Position numbers and translations under genes: made by a program. Positions 43,127 to 53,165 of a stretch of DNA of 64,000 bases are shown in pieces; the stretch's first letter is position 1, and every line of letters starts with the position of its first letter. The notes below the pieces were generated by a model. The model searched no databases, had not been told where the DNA came from, and was given only the letters and a program-made list of their open reading frames with translations. Source of the stretch: Hyaloraphidium curvatum SAG 235-1 (lineage: Eukaryota; Fungi; Monoblepharomycota); contig JAIVFI010000005.1 of assembly GCA_025558095.1 (NCBI GenBank), positions 744,001 to 808,000 on the forward strand. Reading direction: 5' to 3'.

Positions 43127-44170
43127 TCATGACGGACACGCAATCTCGAGCGTCAGCACCACGCCCGACGATCTGAGGACCGACCACAGGCCCACGGCGA
43201 TGGTGAACACGGCGATCAGGATCGCCCTGGCGGACCCCCAATTCGCCTCGATCCCCAGCACCTTTGCCCTGGCCTGATCCGCGGCGTACTTTTCCAAAAG
43301 CTCCGCATGCCACGCCAGGCTCTTTGCCGCGCGGGTGCCGGAGAGTCCGTCGGCGGCAGCGCGGGCGAGGAGCGCGGTGGCTTCGCGGGAGGCGCGGCGA
43401 AGGACGGCCGAGGTGCCCGAGACCTGGGCGTTGGCTGCAGCGACGGCGAGCAGTTCGCGGGCAAAGAAGTAGAGGAAGTAGAGGAGCGGGGTGAGCCAGC
43501 AGGCGGGGATGCAAGATCCGGCGACGACGTTGGCGATGGCACCGGCAACGGGGAGCACGACGAACAAAGAGCGCCCAGGAGACGCCGAGAACCGCGAATC
43601 GCTTCGTGCGATAGGCCGCGAGACGGTCGCAGAGGTCCTGATAGGGCTCCGTGATCCGCAGTGCGGCTTCCGCGGTCTCGCGGTCGCGATCGGCATCCCA
43701 GAGCGCGGCAAAGTGGCGCCGGAGCATGTCGGCTGCAGTATCCGAAACCGCCCGCACGTGAAGGCGCGCCGCGAAAGTTCCAGGGTAGGCAGCGAGGCAG
43801 AGACCAGCGACAGGCTGGAAAAGACCAGCATGGTTGCGTACGAGACCGCGACCAAGGACGCAAACGTGGCGGGGACCGGCGTCGTCCAGGTGAGGAGCGC
43901 AGGGTGATGAACTGCGTGTAGATGCCAAGAAATTGAAGCAAACACATCAAGGCAAACCGAGAACATACGTCCAGCAGGCGCAGTTGCCCCGAGCGTCTAG
44001 GGAGCCTGCCTGCACAGGTCTCACTGCCGCAGGGGCACGTATCGTCATTGTTCACGTGCCGGATCAGCGGGTGCTTAGACACCTTCCCGGCTTCCACATC
44101 AGGAGCCAGAGCGTCCACGAGCTGGGCCCAACGTGCCATAACCGCGTGAGGGTGACCGCTGAAGTCCTGC
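43127..44170 (-). pseudogene. 5'-truncated, frameshifted duplicate of the 7TM gene at 39101-40594
   Basis: Very high nucleotide similarity to 39101-40170, but the homologous peptide is split over three ORF-track frames. Confidence 0.9.
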
Positions 44171-44184
44171 TGAGTGGACTGAAA

Positions 44185-44614
44185 GGGAGGCGGGGAGGTC
44201 GGGGGGGTAGGGCGAGGAGCGGTCGGGGTGGCGCTCGGACAAGGTGGGGAACTTCGAGGCAGTCGTGTGGTGGAGCGGGGAGGGACCGAGGGTGCCCGTG
44301 CTGGGGGCGTTGGGGTCCCCCGAGCAGGTCTGTGAGTCCGAGAGCCGATGGAGGCAGGCAGCGCCCGTCAGTCTTTCTTCCGGCCCAGGCTTCCGCCCAC
44401 GGTAGTCCCACCTTGTCCGTAACGACGCTCGTCGACGGGTCCGACGACGCCGCGGGCATCGGGTTCGTCCCCGCCGGCATCCCCTCGGCGACCGACGCCG
44501 AGCCGCCCGTGTCCTTCTCCCCCTTGATGCGGACCAAGCTGCGGTAAAGGTGAGCGGAAGTACGGCGGAGGCTAACGGTGGGGCCCACGATTCTTTGCTG
44601 GCCTCGCTGGTCGT
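44185..44614 (-). pseudogene. Duplicate of the 5' part of the 51920-52537 gene, with the start codon mutated to ACG, fused to the 7TM pseudogene
   Basis: GCAACGACCAGCGAGGCCAGCAAAGAATCGTGGG vs GCAATGACCAGCGAAGCCAGCAAAGAATCGTGGG; shared peptide KGEKDT..SASVAE.MPAGTNPMP.ASSDPSTS; similarity extends upstream to ~44760. Confidence 0.85.
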
Positions 44615-45269
44615 TGCGTTGCGTTTTGATTGGGGATGACGTGGCGTCGGCGGAACCGACTAACCGGGGCGGTTGGGGCCCCGCGAAAAGAAGAATGCCC
44701 CTGGATGGAACGTATCCGGCCCAACGCTCCAGATTTATCGATTCCGAATGTGCAGAAGCAAGACAACAACGACGCGCCCTTATTTGACAGCCACCCATGT
44801 GCCGCTCTCGGCCGACCGCACCCAGTCCCTCGAATCCGGGTACCGGTAGTAGCTGTAGCGAGCGTTGCGCGAGCCGGAGTCACATGTCCTTCTCCGCCGC
44901 GGCATCCGAGCCCTCGTCGTACTTCCGCCCGACCGCGAAACCGCCGATCCACAGCCAGCCGACGAGGCGCCGCACCTCGCGCTCCACGCGGGGGAGCTCG
45001 GCGGCACGGATTCCGAACTCGGAAACGGAGAGCTTGAGCTTCTTGGTGCGGGGGAAGCCGTGGACCGGATATGCGAGTAGGGGCATCGCACGTGCTATCC
45101 GGGTCTTGCCGTGGTGGTGAAGAAAGTACACGCATTCATCAACAGCATGCCCGTCTGTCAGTTACCAGACGAGTTATAGGTGGTTTCGACCAGTCCCGGG
45201 CGCTGAGTAAGGGGCGCATCCTTGCGGATCCTCGGCACCACCAACACGGCCGACTGCCTCCCGCCCGAC

Positions 45270-46117
45270 ATGAGCGTAGTCATCACCGGCACCAACAAAG
45301 GAATCGGCCTGCAGCTCGCGGCCGACTACGCCGCCGCCGGCGAGCCCGTCGTGGCGGCGTGCCGCGCGGCATCGGACGCGCTGCTCGCTCTCGGGGTGCA
45401 CGTCGGTGCGTCTCCCGCGCGCTCGACGCGTCCGGCGTGAGGAATTGATCCCGGAGACAGTCGAAGGCGTCGATGTGGGGACGGACGCCGGCGCCCAGGT
45501 GCTCGCGGACGCGTTGGAGGCCAAGGGAGCGCCGGTGAAGCTCCTGGTCTGCAACGCCGGGACCGCGGAGGGGGACACCTTGGAGACGTTCGGCACGGAA
45601 GAGATGCTCCGCGAATACAACGTCAATGCCGTGGGTGCCATGCGCACCGTCAGGGCCGCGCTGCCGCAAATGGGCGAAGGCGGGAAGGTCGCGTTCATCA
45701 CCTCGAGGTTGGCAGACATGCTCGAAGGCCGGCGCGACGGGGCTAAGTAACAACGCGCTTTCCAGGGCCGGATCGATAGGGGACGGACCGTCGGGAGGCA
45801 ACTACGCGTACCGGGCGTCCAAGGCGGCAATGAACATGCTGGGCAGGAACCTCGCATCCGACCTCAAGGCCCGGGCGATCGCGGTCTGCGTCATCCACCC
45901 GGGCATGGCGCAGACCGACCTGCTGCCGGCGCACCTGAAGCACATGGGGATCCCGGTGGAGCGGTCGACGGCGGGGATAAGGAAACAGATCGAGAGGCTG
46001 GACCTGGAGACGACGGGGAACTTCTGGCACTTTGAGTCCGGCGACGTGGGTTGGCGTGTTCTTTTGAAGTGGGACACAGCTGACATACCTGCCTACATCC
46101 AGGTTTTGCCGTGGTGA
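45270..46117 (+). CDS. Short-chain dehydrogenase/reductase, CsgA/C-factor-like, 3 introns
   Basis: VITGTNKGIG, CNAG, YNVNAVG, SR|AGSI, YAYRASKAAMNM, IHPG...TD, and C-terminal LPW. Confidence 0.92.
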
Positions 46118-46172
46118 AGAAGCGGTATCTGGGGCGTTGTGCGACAGAGGCGGCATCCCGCTGCCCATTTCT

Positions 46173-47526
46173 TCAAAGCTCGTTGCCTGGTCGGAAGATC
46201 AGCGATCGTGCGAGCCGACCGACGGGCGGGTACGCACCGAGGGTCACCCAGCCGTCGCGGAGGTTGTTCCTGCGGCTGCGGGTGGGGACGTTGGTCAGCA
46301 ATCCGCCGTCGGCAGCGTAAGGCGCCGACGCACCCGAAGATCTCGATGTACTTGCCTGCCCCACCCAAAATGGTCAGTGCCCTCCCCATCCGCGAGCCCG
46401 GGCGACCCACCATTGGGCACCAGCTCCTCGATCATCTCGTACAGCCTGTCCGGCTTCTGGCTCTGCCCCCTCCGCTCGGCGTAGATCACGTCCGACAGGA
46501 TCGAATGCCTCGTCCCCGGCGGGTCCTTCCCCTTCTTCCCGACCAGGCACGTCTCCTTGGCGTGCTGCAGGTAGTACCCGTGCCCCTTTGCCATCCGCCT
46601 GTTGACCGTCTTCTTGATCCAGGTCACGTCGTCGACGAAGGTGTACCCCCAGCGGTCCATGAGGTCGAACGCCTTGGTGTACTTGTTGTTGATGACCCAG
46701 ATGAAGATGAAACCGTCCGTGGAGAGCTTGGCGATGGGGAGCTCCTCGATGCAGGCGTCGGGGAGCTGCTGGTAGCCGATGGCGACGCCGCGGGTCGGTT
46801 GGGCGGAGGTGAGCTGCCAGGGGGGGTCCATGAGGATGACGTCGAACTGGCAGGCCTGGGCGAGTTTCTGAAATCATGTCAGGGCCGTCACGGCGGCACA
46901 ACAGGAGGACAACCCACGTCCCAGTCGAAGGTCATGACGTCGGCGCGGATGGGGACGCACCACTCGGGGACGCGGTAGTCGTCCGGCACGAGACGCTCGC
47001 CCTCTTCCGCGGGGCCCTCGAGCGGGGGCTCCTCGTCGGCTTCCGGCGTGCCGCCCCGCGCCCCCGCCGGCACCTTGCCTTTCAGCCGGCTCCGAATCGC
47101 CCCGACCTCCTCCTCCAGCGCCTCGATCCTCAGCCGCAGCTGGATCTCATCGTCCACCAGCGCCCGCAGCACATTGTCCGACTGCACGAGCTCGTCGTCG
47201 AGCTCGAGGTCCGGGGGCAGCACGGGGAGGGAGGGGGCCGGGGCGCTGCCCTCCGAGAAGTCGTCGCCGCTGCTGTCGCTCCCGCGTGCCTTGCGCTTCC
47301 GGGTCCGCGCAGGCTTCTTTTTGCCGCGTGCCGCCGGGGCCTTTGGCGGCTTCGGGGCATTCCGCGGCTTCGACGACGCGACGGCGGCGCGGACTTTGGC
47401 GAGGTGCGGCCGCCCGCCATCGCCGCCCGCCGACGCGTCGCCGCCCTCCAAATTGTCAGCAGGGCGCTCCATCGCCGTTTCTGTAAATTCATTCGCGTCG
47501 CCCGCCGCCTCGTCGCCCGAGAGCAT
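46173..47526 (-). CDS. AMT1: MT-A70 family DNA N6-adenine methyltransferase, AMT1/MTA1 clade, multi-exon (alternative start 47472)
   Basis: DVILMDPPWQLTSAQPTRGVAIGY, GFIFIWVINNKY, RRMAKGHGYYLQHAKETCLVG, ERRGQSQKP, EIFG|RRNNLRDGWVTLG|NEL. Confidence 0.92.
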
Positions 47527-47568
47527 CCCGGGCGAAGGCGCGCACGTGCGTCTCAGAACCCCGGTGCG

Positions 47569-48459
47569 ATGGAGCCCGCGGGGGCCCCGGCCCTGCCCGA
47601 TGCGCCGTGCTACCTCAACGGAGAATATCTCCCCGTCAACAAGGCCCAGATCTCCGTGCTGGACAGGGGCTTCATATTCGGCGACGGGATATACGACGTG
47701 GTCCCCGTCTATGCCTGCAAGCTCTTCAGGTTCGACGAGCACATCGCGCGGCTGGAGCGCGGGCTGCGAGAGATACGCATCCCGAACCCGCACACCCGCG
47801 AGGAGTGGCTGGAGCGGTGCCGGAAACTCGTGGCCATGCTGATGGAGCAGAAGGGCGCCGCGGACCAGGTGGTGTACATCCAGGTCACCCGCGGCCCCGC
47901 CCCGCGGGACCACGTGATGCCGGCCCACCCGTCGCCAACCGTCTTCATGATGGCCAACCCAATGCGGCCGCCTTCAGCAGAGATGCGCCAACGGGGCGTC
48001 AGCTGCGTGACGGTGCGCGACTTCCGCTGGGAACGCGGGGACATCAAGAGCGTCAGCCTCCTGGGAAACGTGCTCGCGCGGCAGGTATCGGCCGACGCGG
48101 GCGCCCTCGAGACCATCATGTTCCGTGACGGCTTCCTGACCGAGGCGTCGGGGAGCAACGTGTGGGTCGTTCGCGGCGGAGCGCTCCTCGGCCCGCCAAA
48201 GAGCGCGCACCTGCTCGAGGGCATCCGCGTGGACCTGCTGAGGGAGCTCTGCGGCAGCTGCGGGATCGAGTACCGGCTGCAGCCGGTTTCGGAGGCCGAG
48301 GTGCGCGGCGCGGACGAGGTGCTGGTCAGCTCGGCGACCAAGGAGATCCTGCCCGTCACGACGATAGACGGCGAGCCCGTGGCGGACGGCAAGCCGGGCC
48401 CGGTCTGCGGGAGGCTGTACGAGGCGTACCAGCAGGCCAAGAGATCCATGTCGATCTGA
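47569..48459 (+). CDS. dat: D-amino acid aminotransferase (PLP fold IV), intronless, betaproteobacterial-like
   Basis: ISVLDRGFIFGDGIYDVVPVY, YIQVTRG.APRDH, RWERGDIKSVSLLGNVLARQ (PLP Lys), TEASGSN, LEGIR, SSATKE. Confidence 0.92.
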   Translation: MEPAGAPALPDAPCYLNGEYLPVNKAQISVLDRGFIFGDGIYDVVPVYACKLFRFDEHIARLERGLREIRIPNPHTREEWLERCRKLVAMLMEQKGAADQVVYIQVTRGPAPRDHVMPAHPSPTVFMMANPMRPPSAEMRQRGVSCVTVRDFRWERGDIKSVSLLGNVLARQVSADAGALETIMFRDGFLTEASGSNVWVVRGGALLGPPKSAHLLEGIRVDLLRELCGSCGIEYRLQPVSEAEVRGADEVLVSSATKEILPVTTIDGEPVADGKPGPVCGRLYEAYQQAKRSMSI

Positions 48460-48474
48460 TTGCGCGCAGCGCGC

Positions 48475-48616
48475 CGACGTTCAGGCACCTTTCGAGTGAT
48501 GGTGCCCTTGTAGTGCGCCCCTCATCGTCACTTGGAACACCATGCTGACCGCTTCCCGATCATCGCATCCTATCCATTCACTCCTGGCCCCGAATCGGAG
48601 CGCCTTCGCTGGCGAC
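48475..48616 (+). repeat. ~140-bp non-coding direct repeat, copy 1 (copy 2 at 51608-51746)
   Basis: GCACCTTTCGAGTGAT.GTGCCCTTGTAGTGCGCCCC.TCATCGTCACTTGGAACACCATGCTGACCGCTTCCCGATCATCGCAT.CTATCCATTCA...GCGCCTTCGCTGGCGAC is present at both sites. Confidence 0.92.
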
Positions 48617-48800
48617 ACGGAGCTGCCTTTTTCGCGGCCTTCCGAACGAATTGCTTCGTGATCCCTGGAGTTCTCACGTGCTTTGGATGCGCCGGCGGCA
48701 GGTTCCATGATGGTGTATTGGCGATCGGGTCGGAATTTGGGAAGGCAACAAATCTACCCGCAGCCGGCTGGAACCGATTCGCACCCTCGTCATGGCCGCC

Positions 48801-49883
48801 CTACAACTTCGAAATGTACTCATCCAGGGCAAAGTCCTTGACGTACGGGACCATTTTGCCGCCGGAGCCGACGACCGCAAAAGCCTGCCCGCGGATGTGC
48901 TCGTCCTCGATGACGCGCACGTAAGCGTCCACCAGCTTCTCCATCGGCACCCAGCCGCCGAGGCCCTCCACCCAGGGGCCGAACATGGGACTCCGCTCGA
49001 CCTTCTCCGGTGTGTCCTGTGGCGGGTCGGGCGGTTACTGTCGGCGGGCGTTGGGAGCGGCGGGCCATGCTCACGCCTGCGGAAGCATAGATACCGGTGA
49101 ACACCATTCGCCCGCGGCACCGTCCACAAAGAGCTGCATGTTGTTGGTGATGGCAATCTGCCCCGCCTTGGTCGCCGGATCTGGAGGCAGGGTCGATCCG
49201 CGATTGCAAGAGAAGGGAGGATGGAAGCGAGCCGCCGGTGATGAGATACCGTGGGTCAGATCCTGGCTGCCGCTTACATGAGAAGGAAAAGTGGGACTTG
49301 CCGAAAACCTTGCCCGCTCCGAAGATGGCCGCGAACGAAGCGGTGGCGACCAGGGCGCCCGGCATGTCGTTCTTCCACCAGTACGCCGTCGCAAGCCGCA
49401 CCAGGAGGCCGAAGCCGACCAGGTTGCCGTCGATGTCGCGGACCCACCGCGCGTCGTCCTCGCGATCGAGGTCGGCCGGCCCGAGCGGTGTCCCGCGCGC
49501 GGGGTGGAACGACATGATGTCCGACGCAAAGCCGGCATTGGCAACGACCATGTCGACACCGCCGAGCACCCTGATCCCCTCCGCAAACCCCTCCCGGAGC
49601 TCGGACCGGCTGCACACGTCCAGCATGACGAACCCGGCGGCACGGTCGCCGAAGCGGGCCTGCAGCTCCGAGAGGACTTGACGGCCGTGGGCGGCGTTGC
49701 TGGCAACCACGACGCGCGCTCCGAGGGCGAGCAGGCGCTCGGCGACGGCGCGGCCGATGCCCTGCGGAGAGATGGGGTCAGGACCGGCGGGAGCGGGACG
49801 CATCGCGGCGCGGCGGCGCCCGGCCGACGTACATCCGTGCCGCCGGTGACGAAAGCGCGCTTCCCGGCGATTCGGAAGGCCAT
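48801..49883 (-). CDS. Short-chain dehydrogenase/reductase (15-PGDH-like), multi-exon
   Basis: GKRAFVTGGTD|GIG, DMVVANAG, NLVG, ATAS and the YxxxK motif (Y|PATK) across introns. Confidence 0.85.
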
Positions 49884-50011
49884 GGCTCGCGTGGTCTGTT
49901 CGCCGCGGGAGCGTTTGCGAGGAAACTGGCGGGGCGAAGGGAAACTGGGGGAGGACCATTCTCCACCGCCGCCGCGGTCAACACCGAAGACGCGTGGACG
50001 CGACCGCGACA

Positions 50012-51570
50012 ATGGAGACTGAGGAGGTGGCCATGACAATGGAGGCCTCGTCTGTCGACGGGCGACCCTCGCCCGAGGAGTTCCTCCTCCTGTTTCCCGT
50101 GTTCCCGGCAACGCCGCCGTCGCTGTCGGATGTTCCTGCGCCGACCGATCCGGCGTCCGAGCTGCGCGCCCTGAAGCCACTCACGCGTGATGCGGTGCTC
50201 GACGGGCTGGGTTCGGTCGGGGCGGGTTTCCTCGCCCTCGCGACGCGTCTGCAGCTTTCCGCAATGAACATTCCCGGCGGCTATGCCATTTTGCGGGGCC
50301 TTTTCTTCGCGGGATTCTACGTTCCCGTGGTGGCTTCCGCGTCCGTCTTTGACACGGGCGCCACATACGGCTCGCGGAACCTCATCGCTAGAACGGTCAT
50401 CTCCACCATCCTCATTTCGACGAACTCGTGGGGAAACGGACTCTTTTTCGCGTACCGGCAAAGCCTCCTCGCCTTCAACTCGGCAACGGCGACGGCACCG
50501 CGCGATCTCTCCTCACTTCCCTCTGCCGGCTTGGTGCGATGGATTGAGGCGACGCACCTTCCGGGCGAGCCACTTCCCCTGCTCTCCCACGTGTCCGGCG
50601 ATGCTCTCTGCCCTTGCGCCCTCACTAGCTGCGCTGGATCGGTGCCGACCGACGCGTCCCGCCTCCGTCTTCTCGAGATGGTGTGCAAATCGATCTTCCT
50701 CGCCTGCAATGTCCTCTTCTGGGGTTTCGTACCAATGTTCTCGCTTCCCGGGCAGTTCTGGACGACGCCTTGGACGGCCGTTTGCGGTGCGCTCTACATC
50801 GTTGCCGGATTCGTGTTCTCCTACTACCCGACCGTCTTGAGGTTCAACGGTTCCCCACCCCTCCTCCAGCTGTCGCGGAGGCTGCAAACCCGGGCTATGT
50901 CCCGCGCCCTGGCCTGCGCGCTGAAGAAGGTGCGGAAGGCGGCCCTGAATGGCGAGGACGCGGTGTTTCCGACCGTCTACATGGAGCTCTCCCGCGTCCT
51001 CACCGGCGTGTGGAAGAGCAGGGTCAACATGTTCAACTTCACGAAGCCGCTGGCCCTCTCCGTCATCTTTACCCTGGTCGCGATGGGTCTGACAATGGTA
51101 TGTTTCGGTGCATGCCTGCATTTGAGTCATTTGCGCACCGTGTGCTGACAAAGGAACCGATCCAGATCATCTCCTCTTGCCTCCCGGTAGCCTATCTCTC
51201 CTACGCCTTCTACATGGCTCTGCTTGCGCTCATCGACCTCGTCAATGTTGCAGCAAGCAACGCCGCCATTTCCTCCACGCTATCGCTGTATCTCGACGCA
51301 CAGAGGGAGCTTCGAGAACTTGTAGACGAAGCCTCGCAGAAAGGCACGCTCACCCCGACGATGCTACAGCGGATCTCCACGCACGATCGCATCCTTGCAT
51401 CCTATCTCGAGGCAGACAGGTACAAAGGAACGTTCTCCGGGTTCGTTGTCGACTACGGGATCGTCAGGACGGTGGTTGTTACCGTGATCACAATTGTGGT
51501 CGGACTCTGGAGCATCCTGCGTGGCTTGGGGGTCAGGCTCAGCGCAGGCGCTATCTGTCCAAGCAGTTGA
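50012..51570 (+). CDS. Multi-pass membrane protein, 7TM family (copy 3); intron ~51098-51165
   Basis: HVSGDALCPCALTSCAG loop; C-terminal GTFSGFVVDYGIVRTVVVTVITIVVGLWSILRGLGV...ICP. Confidence 0.85.
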
Positions 51571-51607
51571 CTTCTTCCGGCGAATAGAAATACGCCGCGA
51601 CTTGACG

Positions 51608-51746
51608 AGACATTCATGCACCTTTCGAGTGATTGTGCCCTTGTAGTGCGCCCCTCATCGTCACTTGGAACACCATGCTGACCGCTTCCCGATCATCGCA
51701 TGCTATCCATTCAATCCCGGCCTCGCAAAGCGCCTTCGCTGGCGAC
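51608..51746 (+). repeat. ~140-bp non-coding direct repeat, copy 2
   Basis: Near-identical to 48475-48616. Confidence 0.92.
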
Positions 51747-51919
51747 GAGAGTGGATAGCATTGTGGCGGAAGTCCCCATACATGTCCACGTCGGCCGTCC
51801 GGAGCTCTTCATCAATCCATGTTCTCACATCTTCCGAGATGGATCGTTGGAAATCGCTCGCGTGCTCGGTCCAGCGTTGCCGCGAGAAGCCACATCATCC
51901 CCCAACAAGCACCATCGCA

Positions 51920-52537
51920 ATGACCAGCGAAGCCAGCAAAGAATCGTGGGTCCCACCGCCCGCCACCGCCGCACCTCGGCTCACCTTTAGCGCAGCTCCG
52001 TCCGCGTCAAGGGGGAGAAGGACACGGACTGCTCGGCGTCTGTCGCCGAGGCGATGCCGGCGGGGACGAACCCGATGCCCGTCGCGTCGTCGGACCCGTC
52101 GACGAGCGCTGTGGAGGACAAGGTGGGAGCGCGGCGCGGCGTCAGCGGCCCGAGCGTGCCTGACAATGGATGAACGTGCATTGACGCACCTCCCACAGAC
52201 CGGCTCGGGCGATCCCAACGCCCCCGGCACCGGCACCCTCGGCCCCTCCCCCCTCCAAGGCACCGCCGCCTCGCAGTTCCCCACCTTCTCCGAGCGGCAC
52301 CCCGACCGCGCCTCCCCGTACCCGCCCGAGCTCCCGACCTCCAAGGCCTCGGGCGAGCCGGAGCGGGCGCACGTGGAGCACGGTCCCGGGAACCTGGACG
52401 ACGAGGGGAGGAGCGATGATGGGACGATAAGGACGGGGTCGTGGAATCCCAAGGGGAAGGGGAAGGGGGAGGTGGCCGGTGCGGCGAGGGACGAGGACAA
52501 GGCGAACGAGGTGCCGGGGAGGAAGGGGAGCCTCTGA
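51920..52537 (+). CDS. Small hydrophilic/disordered protein, 2 introns
   Basis: MTSEASKES|SVRVKGEKDTDCSASVAEAMPAGTNPMPVASSDPSTSAVEDK|TGSGDPNAPG...GRKGSL*; in the duplicate at 44.2-44.6 kb the exons are better conserved than the introns. Confidence 0.65.
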   Translation: MTSEASKESWVPPPATAAPRLTFSAAPSASRGRRTRTARRLSPRRCRRGRTRCPSRRRTRRRALWRTRWERGAASAARACLTMDERALTHLPQTGSGDPNAPGTGTLGPSPLQGTAASQFPTFSERHPDRASPYPPELPTSKASGEPERAHVEHGPGNLDDEGRSDDGTIRTGSWNPKGKGKGEVAGAARDEDKANEVPGRKGSL

Positions 52538-53165
52538 GCCCGTGGGGTAGACGGATGAGGGGTAGGGCGTGGGGATAGAGACGGAATTGGGTGGTTTCGA
52601 CTTGCGATCGGCCGGATGCGGTGGCATTTGGCGCAGACGTATCGTGCGTCACGAGTCGCGCGTGGAAAGAGACACGAATCCCGGCTTCCTCCATAAAATA
52701 CTAATCATTCGTATGGAGTTCCCATGATTTCCCCGTGCTCCGGGGTCCTCCCTAGTGCTCCGCGTGCAATCTCCGTGGGATCGGAGACCGGGGCATCGGG
52801 TCCGCTCGACGCGAGGCTGAACGCAAACTCCCCCCTCCCCATCAGGCGTTCCCTCCGCGGCGGCGATCCGCGGCTGCTATTCGGAACATCAGACCTTGCC
52901 GTCGCCGCACACCGAGCGGGCGACGGCGGGGCGGGCGCGTCGGGTGCCTTCCCCCGCTCCGCGCAACGCAACCCGGCGCAATCGCCCGCGACGGCGCACC
53001 GCGACGCGTTCCCTAAGCGCGGAATTCCGATTCGCGCCGTCGTAATTTCCTGGATCGGCGTTGGACGGCGCTTAGCCCCTGCTGAACCGCCGCCGGTCCC
53101 CCGCGGTCACGCGGCCGACCCCGGCCCCGGCACCCGCCCTCCGCACCGCCGCCCCCGATCCGCGA

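Noticed and set aside
44880-45131. Short minus-strand ORF (MPLLAYPVHGFPR...)
   Set aside because: It is too short and has no recognisable motif; it may be a remnant but cannot be supported.
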